A stretch of DNA of 64,000 nucleotides, from positions 32,001 through 96,000 of IMG/VR virus record IMGVR_UViG_3300027741_000029; one strand, written 5' to 3'. Each line of letters begins with the position of its first letter. Position 1 is the first letter of the stretch. A model generated the notes under the pieces. The model had not been told where the DNA came from and searched no databases. It saw only the letters and a list, made by a program, of their open reading frames with translations. Shown one piece after another: positions 8,701 through 17,419 of this stretch. The translations under genes and the position numbers were made by a program. This stretch comes from a virus.

Positions 8701-10395
8701 GAAACAACTTGGATATTTGAACCAGATAGTTCGCTAGATAGTCCAAATGATGATGGCGATGGCGGTATTGAACTTGTATCACCTCCAATGAACCTAGAAG
8801 ATGCGCTGGCTGCGTTAGAGAATGTATTCAGTTGGGCAAAAAGCAATGATTATTATACTAACCGCACAACTGGTTTCCATATTGGTGTTAGTATCCCTAA
8901 CCAAACCTTAGAAAACATTGACCATCTTAAATTGATTATGTTGCTTGGCGATGAGTATGTGCTTAAAGCATTTGGTCGTGCTGGTTCTCGTTGGACAAAG
9001 AGTAGTTTTGACCAAGCAAAGCGTGAAGTGCGTGGCAGAAGTGGCAGAAAGAATGTGCCAGCAATCCTTGATAAGATGCGTGGTGGATTGGAAGATATTG
9101 CCAAAAAAGAAATCAATAAACTGTTGGTTCCTCGTGGCGACCGTTATGTTAGCGTGAATATTAAGCCAAACTATATTGAGTTCCGCAGTGCTGGTGGCAA
9201 TTACTTTGAGCAATATGAAGAAATTCGCAAGACTATGTTGCGCTATGTTCGTGTTATGGGAGCAGCCGCTGATACCGAAGATGCTCGTCAAGAATATCAA
9301 AAGAAACTGTATAAGTTTGTAAGCGGTGGCATTAGTGAAAAAGATAACACGATGCAACTGTTTGCCAAATATACTGCTGGCGCTATTGACAAAGAACAAC
9401 TTGTAAAAGAATTACGCACTGCTCAAGAGCGTCGTAAGCCTGTTGCACCACTTGGCAGTGGTCCAGTTGATGGTTTCTTGGAAAATGAAGACGGCGAGCA
9501 AGTTGTAAAAATCAAGGGAACTAACCCATATGAAATGATTGAACTTGGTGTAAAGTTTGCTAACACTCGCCAAATGCCATTGAGCGATGTCAACCTACGT
9601 TATCCTGGTTATAGTATGGTTCGTGTTCAATATTATACTACACATAACACTGAAACAGATAGTATAACACTGGTTTATATACCTGGCGTTGATTTATACA
9701 GTGCATACAGCAGTGAAATAACAAAGATGGCTGTTCCTGTTGCAGAAAAGCACTGGGGCGTAAGTAAATTACCAATAGAACGTTATGCTGTGCGAGTGTT
9801 AGATGAGTATTCACTACAATATATGCGTGATGAAATGTATTTTATTACATCTCGTGGTATAGACCGTGCACCATCACTGCCACCAACAGCACAATCAACA
9901 GATGCTGCGCCTGGCAATAATCAAACTGCTCAACGATATATTTTAAAATATACAGATAACGGCGAAGAAGTTTATAGATTTGGTGCGTCTACTCAACGAG
10001 ATGCAATAGACCGTGCCAATAGTTTCCAACGATCATATAGCAGTGTAATGCGCTGGGGCGGCACAATTGGTAATATTCGTGGTATTGCGCTATATTCAAT
10101 TGCGCCAAATACTGATGAACAAGAATTGTTCTATATGGGACCAGGCGAGGCTATTGTAAATCAACCTGCTTCTGGAACGCCAGATTGGGCAGATGATCCT
10201 AACATTGCTGTAACCAATAATACACCTAGAATTAGAAATCCTGGTGGCAGTGGCACGTATGCATTGTATAGTGGCGATGGTGAGCAGTTAACGGATGCAG
10301 CAGCATTCAATAACTATCAAAATGCGACAAGTTATTTTACAATTAATTATAGTAGTTCGTTGGGAACTGGTTGGACCGTAAGACAACTATCGTAA
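5731..10395 (+). CDS. Tandem double putative amidoligase (COOH-NH2 ligase, PF12224-like) polyprotein with acidic inserts and small C-terminal repeats
   Basis: Two complete motif sets: GLEFE/EPDSS/EFVSPP/TGLHM/VEFRS and GFETE/EPDSS/ELVSPP/TGFHI/IEFRS. Each is preceded by ILNE(V/I)NMSP. Confidence 0.8.
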   Translation: MKNNKDLILEEILNEVNMSPAALRAAVAKIPNAKAGLEFELIVTNLDEEDDEDYDPYEDFESEPDYDQDERVSTASFGALSQDVMQFFAGDHNSRREVNRAIDLIREAWYEYLDGPLWDTWAGDRIQDFIDKRYGRDYKNQQELFSEIDRIDPYEAFRKEYFEEWRDNIEDDDNIDSYLEQFLEDTYGNTAMSGLANDSSLGLSWPNWTEPDYDYRPTRSTVDVGDFRRATGIRTIKSGSYHGIAKPNDAYVIEPDSSLSPTRGKGGEGLEFVSPPLDIPTMIDQINKVKAWAKDGNAYTNDKTGLHMNISIPGYKLDKLDYVKLALFLGDKYILEKFGRLGNSYARSAFDQIASFIKQNPGKADQAVDAMRKNLNTVASKLIHNGYTDKFTSINTKDNRVEFRSPGGNWIDMDTDEVVNTLLRVVYAMNIALHPEMERKEYQKKFAKLLTADKKDETDTIKYFTQFATGNMPRTALVSYIKNAQSKRDFAKKAKAPQPNVVGGDDDDTPYVDYDGIGGITFQIISRITGNPWQSFVVSPRMTYSDVYDIATRIVRASGRSFDLVALRDTRDRDGQADDILTRQPLSIGGDRTVSSIQPMYVIRTSNNQMAVTQFRAPDNEQARDIATRLTREYGYRDIDWFLSLANDDTNTPIPGAGTQALQLPQAAAQPPRQYSQIEIDRGYDIAGNAIPANATATSSNITATNGTTYNILDSESRVVHTFNAASVTGARRYAVSYAEEHNLAAPWQLAEVPNRDESLEESILNEINMSPTSLEKFADTPFAKSMKVGFETEMYIPGLGGEEGEEEEEEDMDANEEFPSSASYRDRQRDVMNFFTGGSDINTRSDVESALESFYEAFSEYQYETYDNEFEGTDDYNDAVQEELGDTPADEASERELDDAKDNVRTNWMEENEEYTWGRFISRNSIDDMYDFMRWVNRNTRESLSWPYYTFSSSREEPTTDIGDVVDDFRRNTGYKARASGGYHGATRDETTWIFEPDSSLDSPNDDGDGGIELVSPPMNLEDALAALENVFSWAKSNDYYTNRTTGFHIGVSIPNQTLENIDHLKLIMLLGDEYVLKAFGRAGSRWTKSSFDQAKREVRGRSGRKNVPAILDKMRGGLEDIAKKEINKLLVPRGDRYVSVNIKPNYIEFRSAGGNYFEQYEEIRKTMLRYVRVMGAAADTEDARQEYQKKLYKFVSGGISEKDNTMQLFAKYTAGAIDKEQLVKELRTAQERRKPVAPLGSGPVDGFLENEDGEQVVKIKGTNPYEMIELGVKFANTRQMPLSDVNLRYPGYSMVRVQYYTTHNTETDSITLVYIPGVDLYSAYSSEITKMAVPVAEKHWGVSKLPIERYAVRVLDEYSLQYMRDEMYFITSRGIDRAPSLPPTAQSTDAAPGNNQTAQRYILKYTDNGEEVYRFGASTQRDAIDRANSFQRSYSSVMRWGGTIGNIRGIALYSIAPNTDEQELFYMGPGEAIVNQPASGTPDWADDPNIAVTNNTPRIRNPGGSGTYALYSGDGEQLTDAAAFNNYQNATSYFTINYSSSLGTGWTVRQLS

Positions 10396-10402
10396 TTAAG
10401 AC

Positions 10403-10430
10403 TTGACTTATCCACAGGATATGATACACT
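10403..10430 (+). promoter_or_regulatory. sigma70-like promoter
   Basis: TTGACT-N16-TACACT upstream of the nucleotidase gene. Confidence 0.5.
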
Positions 10431-10464
10431 TAAATTGTGTTCAATAATAGGGATAAATATTAGT

Positions 10465-10974
10465 ATGGCGTACCAAAAGTTCAGAGTTTACCTAGATATG
10501 GATGGCGTTCTTGCTGATTTTTTTGGTGAGTGGGCAAGATTAGATGGCAAAAGCCATTATAAAGATATTGATAATCCAGAAGCAAAACTTGACCTTGTGC
10601 GCCAACATCCTACATTTTGGGTAGATTTGCCGATGCTTCCTCATGCTCGTCAACTTGTTCAGCATGTTATGAAAGAGTTCGGTGAATATTATATTTGTTC
10701 AACACCGCTTACTGGCGATAGTCGCAGTGAAAGTGGTAAACTTGCATGGGTTCAAATGCATTTGAGCAGCATGCCACCAAAGCGTGTTATCCTAACACAT
10801 AATAAAGCAGAGTTTGCTACTGCTAATGGAACACCAGGTATTCTTGTAGATGATTATGGCAAAAATGTTAACGCTTGGCAAAGTGCAGGCGGCATTGCTA
10901 TCAAGTATGAAGATCAGAATTTCGCTAAAGTTCAGCAATTGCTCTCTAGTTACGCAAAATTAGGGAGAGATTAA
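10465..10974 (+). CDS. HAD-family 5'(3')-deoxyribonucleotidase
   Basis: VYLDMDGVLADF motif I, K-x-x-W and LVDD motif; start moved to the ATG at 10465. Confidence 0.85.
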   Translation: MAYQKFRVYLDMDGVLADFFGEWARLDGKSHYKDIDNPEAKLDLVRQHPTFWVDLPMLPHARQLVQHVMKEFGEYYICSTPLTGDSRSESGKLAWVQMHLSSMPPKRVILTHNKAEFATANGTPGILVDDYGKNVNAWQSAGGIAIKYEDQNFAKVQQLLSSYAKLGRD

Positions 10975-10989
10975 TATGGGGGGACTACA

Positions 10990-11271
10990 ATGTATGACAC
11001 AATTTCAATTACTCAAGCCGCTGCATGGGATGAAGTCACCGAACTCTGGGAAGAATTCCAACAATCTACCGAATACCAAGAGCCTGTCAGTTTAAAACGA
11101 CAGGCTTTATTTTTTCTCCGCAAGAAAATGAATAGAAAAATAACACGCAGCGACCTACGTCGATTGAGTGCAAAGATAAACAAAATCAAAAACAGCAAAA
11201 ACCTTGAAGAACGCTCACGCAGTACTAAATTATATAAGGAACTGCAGCGAGTGTTTAATTGTCCGAAGTAA
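10990..11271 (+). CDS. Hypothetical protein
   Basis: 93-aa ORF in operon context. Confidence 0.6.
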   Translation: MYDTISITQAAAWDEVTELWEEFQQSTEYQEPVSLKRQALFFLRKKMNRKITRSDLRRLSAKINKIKNSKNLEERSRSTKLYKELQRVFNCPK

Positions 11272-11567
11272 AAATAACCTTAATTCTTACACCAGAATCA
11301 TATGATTATGGCGCAGAAGATATTGTTTATAGAATAACTGTAAATGATCAACTAATATCTGAGCGTTCTATGCCACTGCTAGACCAAAATCAAGCAGTGG
11401 CTGATACATTTTTCTTAAACAACACATTGACAAAAAAGTATTATATATTAATTCAAAATTTAAAATTAAACAAAACAAAATATAAGGGTATTATCATTAA
11501 TGATAATAATCTTGGAACTATTAGAAATATACATACACGAGATTATATGATTAAAGTCAGTGAATAA
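11259..11567 (+). CDS. Hypothetical protein
   Basis: 102-aa ORF, GTG start overlapping the previous gene. Confidence 0.6.
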   Translation: MSEVKITLILTPESYDYGAEDIVYRITVNDQLISERSMPLLDQNQAVADTFFLNNTLTKKYYILIQNLKLNKTKYKGIIINDNNLGTIRNIHTRDYMIKVSE

Positions 11568-11589
11568 ATACTTCAAAGGACAATATGAA

Positions 11590-12495
11590 ATGGCTTATGA
11601 GTTAACAAATAGTTCCGTATATGGAAAAATATTATCTAAAAACGGAAAACCTGTCATAGAAAATTATGAAACAGCAGGCAAGTTAACAGAACGTTTTACT
11701 GGTTCACTTGTTAAAGTATTTGATGGTAGATATATGGTAAAATTACCAGAATCTGCAAATAGCATTGATGAATGTGATTGTGAGATCGTTGGACAAGAAG
11801 GCCCAAATGGTCAAATGATGCTATCATATAGCGAAGAACCTCGTGATAATGAAGTTCACATGGCACGTGCTGATCTTTATCGTACAGCAAAGTTAGCAAT
11901 CATGTTGCATGAGATGCTAAAGAATGTTGGTGAAGGACAGGGACTTGATGGATGGGTGCAGCGTAAACTAACTCGTGCTGCAGATTATATTGAAAGCGTA
12001 TTTGATTATATGGATTATGAAATGCGCTATCCAGAAGAAGGTATGATGGAAGCCGATACTCCTATTCAGGGAATGGCAGCAGCTTCACCAACACAACAAT
12101 CACAACAAACACCAGGCGGTGTTGCACCAAAGAAACCAGGTCTTACACAAACTCCTGGCATGGTAAAAATGGGCAAGATTGATACCAATGGCAATGTGCA
12201 AGGTGCTCCTATTATGGTACCAGCAGCGCAAGTTAAATCTAAACAACAAGCAGGTTTCCACGTAATTGGTGAAAGTGCAAGTGGCGGCGCAAGTTCGGCT
12301 GGCGGTATTGCTGTAGGTGCAATGAACGGTGGCATGGGCAGCAACAATGTTGGTTCGCTATTTGGTGGAACCTATAATCAGAAAAAGAAAAAACGTAAAG
12401 TAGAAGCCAAGGGCGAAACTGGTCCAAAGTTCACTGGATACTGGAAAGGCACCGACAAAGGTAAACCTGGTAAGAAGATGGTTGGCAGCAACTAA
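11590..12495 (+). CDS. Probable head-associated modular protein
   Basis: Start at MAYEL after TAAATA; segments separated by MMEA, IGES and VEAK; contains the phage motif MARADLY..A..L..ML..WVQ.K.T.A.DY. Confidence 0.65.
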   Translation: MAYELTNSSVYGKILSKNGKPVIENYETAGKLTERFTGSLVKVFDGRYMVKLPESANSIDECDCEIVGQEGPNGQMMLSYSEEPRDNEVHMARADLYRTAKLAIMLHEMLKNVGEGQGLDGWVQRKLTRAADYIESVFDYMDYEMRYPEEGMMEADTPIQGMAAASPTQQSQQTPGGVAPKKPGLTQTPGMVKMGKIDTNGNVQGAPIMVPAAQVKSKQQAGFHVIGESASGGASSAGGIAVGAMNGGMGSNNVGSLFGGTYNQKKKKRKVEAKGETGPKFTGYWKGTDKGKPGKKMVGSN

Positions 12496-12524
12496 ATAAT
12501 ATAAACATATTTTAGGAAATATAC

Positions 12525-14336
12525 ATGAAACAAGACATTGCAGAAATGAGAAAATTATCAGGACTTCCTTTATACGAAGCAGCAGAGTTTAATCCTTTAC
12601 TAGAAAGTTGGACTACTGTTGGTCGTGCAATTAGTGAAGCAAAGTTAAGTCCTGAGCAAGTTGCTGCAATATTTGGTTCAGTTGAACAGGGCGCACGTGC
12701 AAGTGGAACAAATCGCACTGCAATTGGTAAAGGTGCGGATGCAGTAGGTTCTGCTGCTGGCGCTGCTGCTGGTGCTTATAGTAATATTTCTTCTGCAGTA
12801 AACAATGCATATCAGGGTATCGTTGCTAAAATTGGTCAACTTGGACCAGTTAAAAACTTTGATGATGCTTTTGATAGCATGGCAAGTAAACTTAAAAGTG
12901 CAACAGGCGGAGACGAAGGTATTGCCAAGTATGTATATGCTTATCGTGCATTTGCTAAAAACCATCCTGTATTACAAAATTTAATATATGGTGCTTTAGT
13001 TGCTGGCGTTGGTTTAGCAACTAGTGGTGTTGGTCCGCTTGTTGTTTTAGGTTTGTTTAAAGCTACTGATCGTTTGCTTCAGGGTGACAGATTGAGTGCA
13101 GCATTGATTAAAGCTGGTGTAACTGTAGGTAAGGCTGTAATCGGTCGTGAATTACAAGATTATTTATCAGGTAAAACACCACAAGTTCCATCTGCTGCTC
13201 AACAACAAGGTATGGGTGGTCGTGGTTTACCCGATGACTCAAGTCGAGCAATTCCAAATTATGATCAGCAACAAGGAATGTTAGGTCGAGGTATTCAACC
13301 ACCCAAAGGACCATCATTGCCTACAGGTGCAAATCCAGGCGATATTGCAACTGGTGGATTTGGTGCGGCTACGAATGCTGCAGGTTTAGATATTGGATCG
13401 GTTGTCCAAATAAGACCAGGTGATAACATATATAATATTTTAAAAAGAGCGTTTGATAATAATACACTTAATGTTGATCCGTCTAAGAATTGGCCAGAAG
13501 TATCTAAAATGATAGCACAGGCAAACCCACAAATAACAGATTTAAATAAAGTTTTTCCTGGTCAACGTTTGGGCATTCCAGATGTTTTGTTATATAGACC
13601 ATCACTAGGTAATCGTTTAGGCGATAGTATTGAAAGGCAAAATCAAAAAAATATCAGTGAATACATTGATAGAGAAGCAACCATTAACAGTTGGTTCTTA
13701 AGTGAAGGTGTTCTTGATGATGGTAGCCGCAGCGTTTGGGTATATGAAACCGCAGTTCCTGTTATCTTCCAACAAATTGAAGAAGCAGGTTTTTTCCAAG
13801 GTCTTAAGGACATTGGTAGTTCAATTGGTAAAGGTATTGGAAGTGCGGCTAGTGCAGTTGGTAATTATGTAGGCACAGCGGCAAGTAATATTGCTAACAA
13901 AACTACTGCTGATAAGCTAAACACGGCTTGGCAGAAATCCACATATAGTCAGGGTAGTGGCAGTGTTGATAGTAAAACCGTTGTGCAGTTTCTACGTCAA
14001 ATGGGTGTAGAAGATGCGATAATTAAGTCTACCTTTAAGAACATGAAAATACCATTTCCTCGTGGTCCACGCAAGCCAAAAACAGTAGCACCACAAGCAG
14101 CAGCACCACAAGCAGCACCACAAGCAGCAGCGGCTAAGCCAAAAGTGCGTGTGCCCGCTGGTAGTAAACCATCCACTCCATTTAAAGGGTTTGGAGGTGC
14201 ATTACAATCAGCGCCAGAAAGCGTAAGCAATCAAGATATCATGCGTATGATTAGCGAAGCTAAAAATCTAGCACAGCAAGCAGCAATCGCTATCAATATG
14301 AAGAAGCGTGGAAAAAAACCAAAAGGCAAAAAATAA
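12525..14336 (+). CDS. Probable virion protein with LysM domain and hydrophobic helical region
   Basis: QIRPGDNIYNI...ANPQITDLNKVFPGQRLGIP is LysM-like; hydrophobic LIYGALVAGVGLATSGVGPLVVLGLF; several xxE|A sites. Confidence 0.7.
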   Translation: MKQDIAEMRKLSGLPLYEAAEFNPLLESWTTVGRAISEAKLSPEQVAAIFGSVEQGARASGTNRTAIGKGADAVGSAAGAAAGAYSNISSAVNNAYQGIVAKIGQLGPVKNFDDAFDSMASKLKSATGGDEGIAKYVYAYRAFAKNHPVLQNLIYGALVAGVGLATSGVGPLVVLGLFKATDRLLQGDRLSAALIKAGVTVGKAVIGRELQDYLSGKTPQVPSAAQQQGMGGRGLPDDSSRAIPNYDQQQGMLGRGIQPPKGPSLPTGANPGDIATGGFGAATNAAGLDIGSVVQIRPGDNIYNILKRAFDNNTLNVDPSKNWPEVSKMIAQANPQITDLNKVFPGQRLGIPDVLLYRPSLGNRLGDSIERQNQKNISEYIDREATINSWFLSEGVLDDGSRSVWVYETAVPVIFQQIEEAGFFQGLKDIGSSIGKGIGSAASAVGNYVGTAASNIANKTTADKLNTAWQKSTYSQGSGSVDSKTVVQFLRQMGVEDAIIKSTFKNMKIPFPRGPRKPKTVAPQAAAPQAAPQAAAAKPKVRVPAGSKPSTPFKGFGGALQSAPESVSNQDIMRMISEAKNLAQQAAIAINMKKRGKKPKGKK

Positions 14337-14863
14337 TGCGTATCGGTCAAATCACCAACGAAGCAGATAAGACTGATACCGTTAGTATGGATATCCCACT
14401 ATTACTTCGTATGATGGAATATGCTCGTGAAGATGCCAAGACTGATCTAGACTTGCATGATGTTGCTGAAAAGATGATTGAACTATCCAAGCATCATGAT
14501 TATCTGTGCATGGACAATTATAATGAAATCGTTGGCAGTGCTGGACATGATGACGTAGAAGAGTCCAATGCTTTCACTGATGCAAGAATGAATGCTATAA
14601 AGGCAGGTAAAAAATCATTCAATGTTGGTGGCAAAACATATCCCGTTACTGGTGATACAACGGATGAATTAGAAGCAGTTGAAGAAAGTTGCCCACACTG
14701 TGGTGGATTAATGTATGAAGCAAGTCTTATGAATGAGAAGAAAGATGCTTGCTATTATAAAGTAAAGAGCCGTTATAAAGTATGGCCAAGTGCTTATGCG
14801 AGTGGTGCGTTAGTTAAATGTCGCAAGGCAGGTGCTAAAAACTGGGGAAATAAATCCAAATGA
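14336..14863 (+). CDS. Probable internal head protein
   Basis: Leader MRIGQITNE|A; C-terminal basic module KKDACYYKVKSRYKVWPSAYASGALVKCRK typical of T4-like phage head proteins. Confidence 0.65.
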   Translation: MRIGQITNEADKTDTVSMDIPLLLRMMEYAREDAKTDLDLHDVAEKMIELSKHHDYLCMDNYNEIVGSAGHDDVEESNAFTDARMNAIKAGKKSFNVGGKTYPVTGDTTDELEAVEESCPHCGGLMYEASLMNEKKDACYYKVKSRYKVWPSAYASGALVKCRKAGAKNWGNKSK

Positions 14864-15261
14864 GCGACATGGATTTAAGATATTTCATCAATAAAATGGA
14901 TGCTATTATACTTGGTGAAGAATCAAAAGATGAAACCAAAGATAGTGGTGAAGTTAAAGTTGGAAAGTACCAAACACGACATTTTGATATGTGTCCAAGT
15001 GCTACAAAGCTATATAAAAACATTAGTGATAAAAATGTTGATATGGGTATAGCAGAACGCACTGCTAAAATGCAAGATTTACTTTTTTATCTTGAAAAAT
15101 ATGCTAATGAACGTGGTAGTATTGAACCAGAATTTGCAACAATGGCAGAAGTCCTTGGCGAGCAAATTATGAATATGGCAAGCATGATGGATTTGTATGA
15201 TGAACATCATTATATTATGGATACGCATGTAAAAGCAATTAAGGATTTAGTAAAGTCATGA
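14860..15261 (+). CDS. Hypothetical protein, probable head-associated
   Basis: Leader MSDMDLRYFINKMDAIILGEE; ATGA overlap with previous gene. Confidence 0.6.
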   Translation: MSDMDLRYFINKMDAIILGEESKDETKDSGEVKVGKYQTRHFDMCPSATKLYKNISDKNVDMGIAERTAKMQDLLFYLEKYANERGSIEPEFATMAEVLGEQIMNMASMMDLYDEHHYIMDTHVKAIKDLVKS

Positions 15262-15740
15262 AAATGGAAGATGTTCTTGGCGAAGCATGTTGGGCAGGCT
15301 ATCACAAAGAAGGCATGAAAACAATGTTTGGAAAAAAATATCCAAACTGTGTCAAGAATAAAAAGAAACGTAGCGAAAGCACAGAACTTAAATGTGACCC
15401 GATTACAGAAAGTGTGCTGCTTGAACAAGTTGATTATTGTATGCACTGCGGAAATCTTGTATTACCAGAAGCCAAGGGTAATCTACACAAGTGGTTCAAA
15501 GACAAGTGGGTTAACATCGGTAAAAAAGTAGGTGGCAAACATCCACCGTGCGGCACAAGTGGCAGCAAGAGTGGTTATGCTAAATGTGTACCAGCAGCCA
15601 AAGCACGTAGTATGAGTGCATCAGAAAAACGTAGTGCAACAACTCGCAAACGCAAAGCACAAAATGCAGCAGGTCGTGGTGGTAAAGATACAGGTGGTAA
15701 TGGCAAGGCACCAATTCGTGTAAGCACCAAAGCCAAATAA
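15258..15740 (+). CDS. Probable internal head protein with basic Cys-containing modules
   Basis: Leader MKMEDVLGE|A; modules CWAGY..GMK..GK.YPNCVK and LHKWFKDKWV..CG..KCVP. Confidence 0.65.
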   Translation: MKMEDVLGEACWAGYHKEGMKTMFGKKYPNCVKNKKKRSESTELKCDPITESVLLEQVDYCMHCGNLVLPEAKGNLHKWFKDKWVNIGKKVGGKHPPCGTSGSKSGYAKCVPAAKARSMSASEKRSATTRKRKAQNAAGRGGKDTGGNGKAPIRVSTKAK

Positions 15741-15762
15741 ATAATATATTAGGATTTATAAC

Positions 15763-16734
15763 ATGAGTGATATGCGTTCTTTAATTGAAAAACTTACTGC
15801 CATTAGTGAAGACCGTCCAACAATCGGTGATGGTGTATATTTGGAGTTTGGCAACATTCTACAAGTAGATACTGAGATTATGGAAATGAGTGAAGACAGT
15901 ATTACAATACTTGGTGATGAAAAATTATTTAAAGTTCTTGAAAGTTTAAATGAAATTGAAAGTCGTCCAGTTCGTAAAATTACAGAAAATGCACAGACAG
16001 TAAGAGATGCACTAATAAAAGGATTTAATACAAAACAATTCTCTGGTGATCGTTCTGCCGCAGTACATATTATGGATATTAAACCAGATGGAACTATTGT
16101 GGTAGATCGTCGAGAAAGTATTCAAGATGTACGCTACATGTTAATGAAAGGTGGTTTACCTGGTGTAAAAGTTGTTGCAGCAGTAGAAAAGTGGAATCAA
16201 CCAACACCACCTGAGCAAAAACCATCAATTGTTCAACAAGTGTTAAAAGCAATAGGTATTGGCGAAAGCGTAACAGAAGGTGAAGTAGTTTCCTTACAAG
16301 ATAATCACCAAACACTAAAACGTTTGGCAAAGATGTGGTGGCACGGTGATGAAGGCAAGCATGCACAAGCTGTAAAAATGTTGGGCAATATGGGTTGGGA
16401 TATTGCAGAAGATGATGATGATATTGTTCTTAATAAAGATGGTAAGGAAATTCGCTTCTTTATGGATGATTTATATGAATCAATCGTAGCAGAAGCAGAA
16501 TATCATGGTCGTAAAGTTCAATTGAATAAACCCCATAGAGGGGATGTTAAAAAATTTGCTGTCTTCGTTAAAGACCCTAAAACAGGCAATGTAAAAAAGG
16601 TAAACTTCGGAGACCCAAATATGAGGATTAAAAAGTCAAATCCAAAACGCCGTAAGAGTTTCCGTGCTAGACACCACTGTGAGAATCCAGGTCCACGCAC
16701 AAAGGCAAGATATTGGTCTTGCCGTAAGTGGTGA
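15763..16734 (+). CDS. Probable internal head protein with C-terminal basic module (DUF6321-like)
   Basis: Leader MSDMRSLIEKLTAISE; VAE|AEYHGRKV..KVNFGDPNM..RRKSFRARH.C..ARYWSCRKW. Confidence 0.7.
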   Translation: MSDMRSLIEKLTAISEDRPTIGDGVYLEFGNILQVDTEIMEMSEDSITILGDEKLFKVLESLNEIESRPVRKITENAQTVRDALIKGFNTKQFSGDRSAAVHIMDIKPDGTIVVDRRESIQDVRYMLMKGGLPGVKVVAAVEKWNQPTPPEQKPSIVQQVLKAIGIGESVTEGEVVSLQDNHQTLKRLAKMWWHGDEGKHAQAVKMLGNMGWDIAEDDDDIVLNKDGKEIRFFMDDLYESIVAEAEYHGRKVQLNKPHRGDVKKFAVFVKDPKTGNVKKVNFGDPNMRIKKSNPKRRKSFRARHHCENPGPRTKARYWSCRKW

Positions 16735-16739
16735 TTTGA

Positions 16740-17372
16740 ATGTTATTAACAGAATTATTTGACCTTGATGAAGCCGCTGGTGTAGGTTTAGTTCGATTTA
16801 CTGGTAATACAATATTTGAAAGATTTGAACAGCATAAGAAAGATGCTTTGAAAATTCGTGACAATAGAAAATTTTATAATGCTATAAACAAGCATGGAGT
16901 TGATGTATGGAATATAGAATTATTAGAATCGGTTGAATCCGCAGAAATTGCCAAACAAAAAGAAATAGAATTTATAGAAAAATTTGATACCTATTATAAT
17001 GGATATAATTCTACAAAAGGTGGCGATGGCAATAATGGCATAATTATGTCAGAAGAGTCAAATGCAAAAAGAAGTAAAGCATTAAAAGGTATTGCTAAAA
17101 ATTATACAAGAATGCATGGTAAAATTCATTCAGAAGAATCTAAAAAGAAAATATCTGAATCACATAAGGGTAAGAAAAAACCTTGGGTAAAATGGGAAAA
17201 ATCTATTATAGAGAAACGGGCGATGACTCGTCGTGGCTTAACAAAGGAACAATTTGATTCCATCCATTTGTTAAAAAATGAAGGTTTAACAGCAAGAGAA
17301 ATATCAACCAACCTAAATTTATCACGGGATATGGTTAAAAAATGGTCCCTTAAAGAATGGGACTTCATGTAA
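16740..17372 (+). CDS. N-terminally truncated GIY-YIG/NUMOD3 endonuclease fused to a duplicated 16-codon leader
   Basis: ERFEQH..YNAINKHG..E..EIEFI..GYNSTKGGDG plus NUMOD3-like HSEESKKKISESHKG; the GIY/YIG tyrosines are absent. Confidence 0.75.
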   Translation: MLLTELFDLDEAAGVGLVRFTGNTIFERFEQHKKDALKIRDNRKFYNAINKHGVDVWNIELLESVESAEIAKQKEIEFIEKFDTYYNGYNSTKGGDGNNGIIMSEESNAKRSKALKGIAKNYTRMHGKIHSEESKKKISESHKGKKKPWVKWEKSIIEKRAMTRRGLTKEQFDSIHLLKNEGLTAREISTNLNLSRDMVKKWSLKEWDFM

Positions 17373-17419
17373 TGTTATTAACTGAATTATTTGACCTTGA
17401 TGAAGCCGCTGGTGTAGGT
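16740..17419 (+). repeat. 48-bp direct repeat (16740-16787 and 17372-17419) flanking the endonuclease
   Basis: ATGTTATTAAC(A/T)GAATTATTTGACCTTGATGAAGCCGCTGGTGTAGGT, one synonymous mismatch, encodes MLLTELFDLDEAAGVG. Confidence 0.95.

Noticed and set aside
10408-10416. Perfect DnaA box TTATCCACA inside the nucleotidase promoter
   Set aside because: The same 9-mer also occurs inside coding regions (959-967, 27160-27168), so single copies are expected by chance; no cluster of boxes
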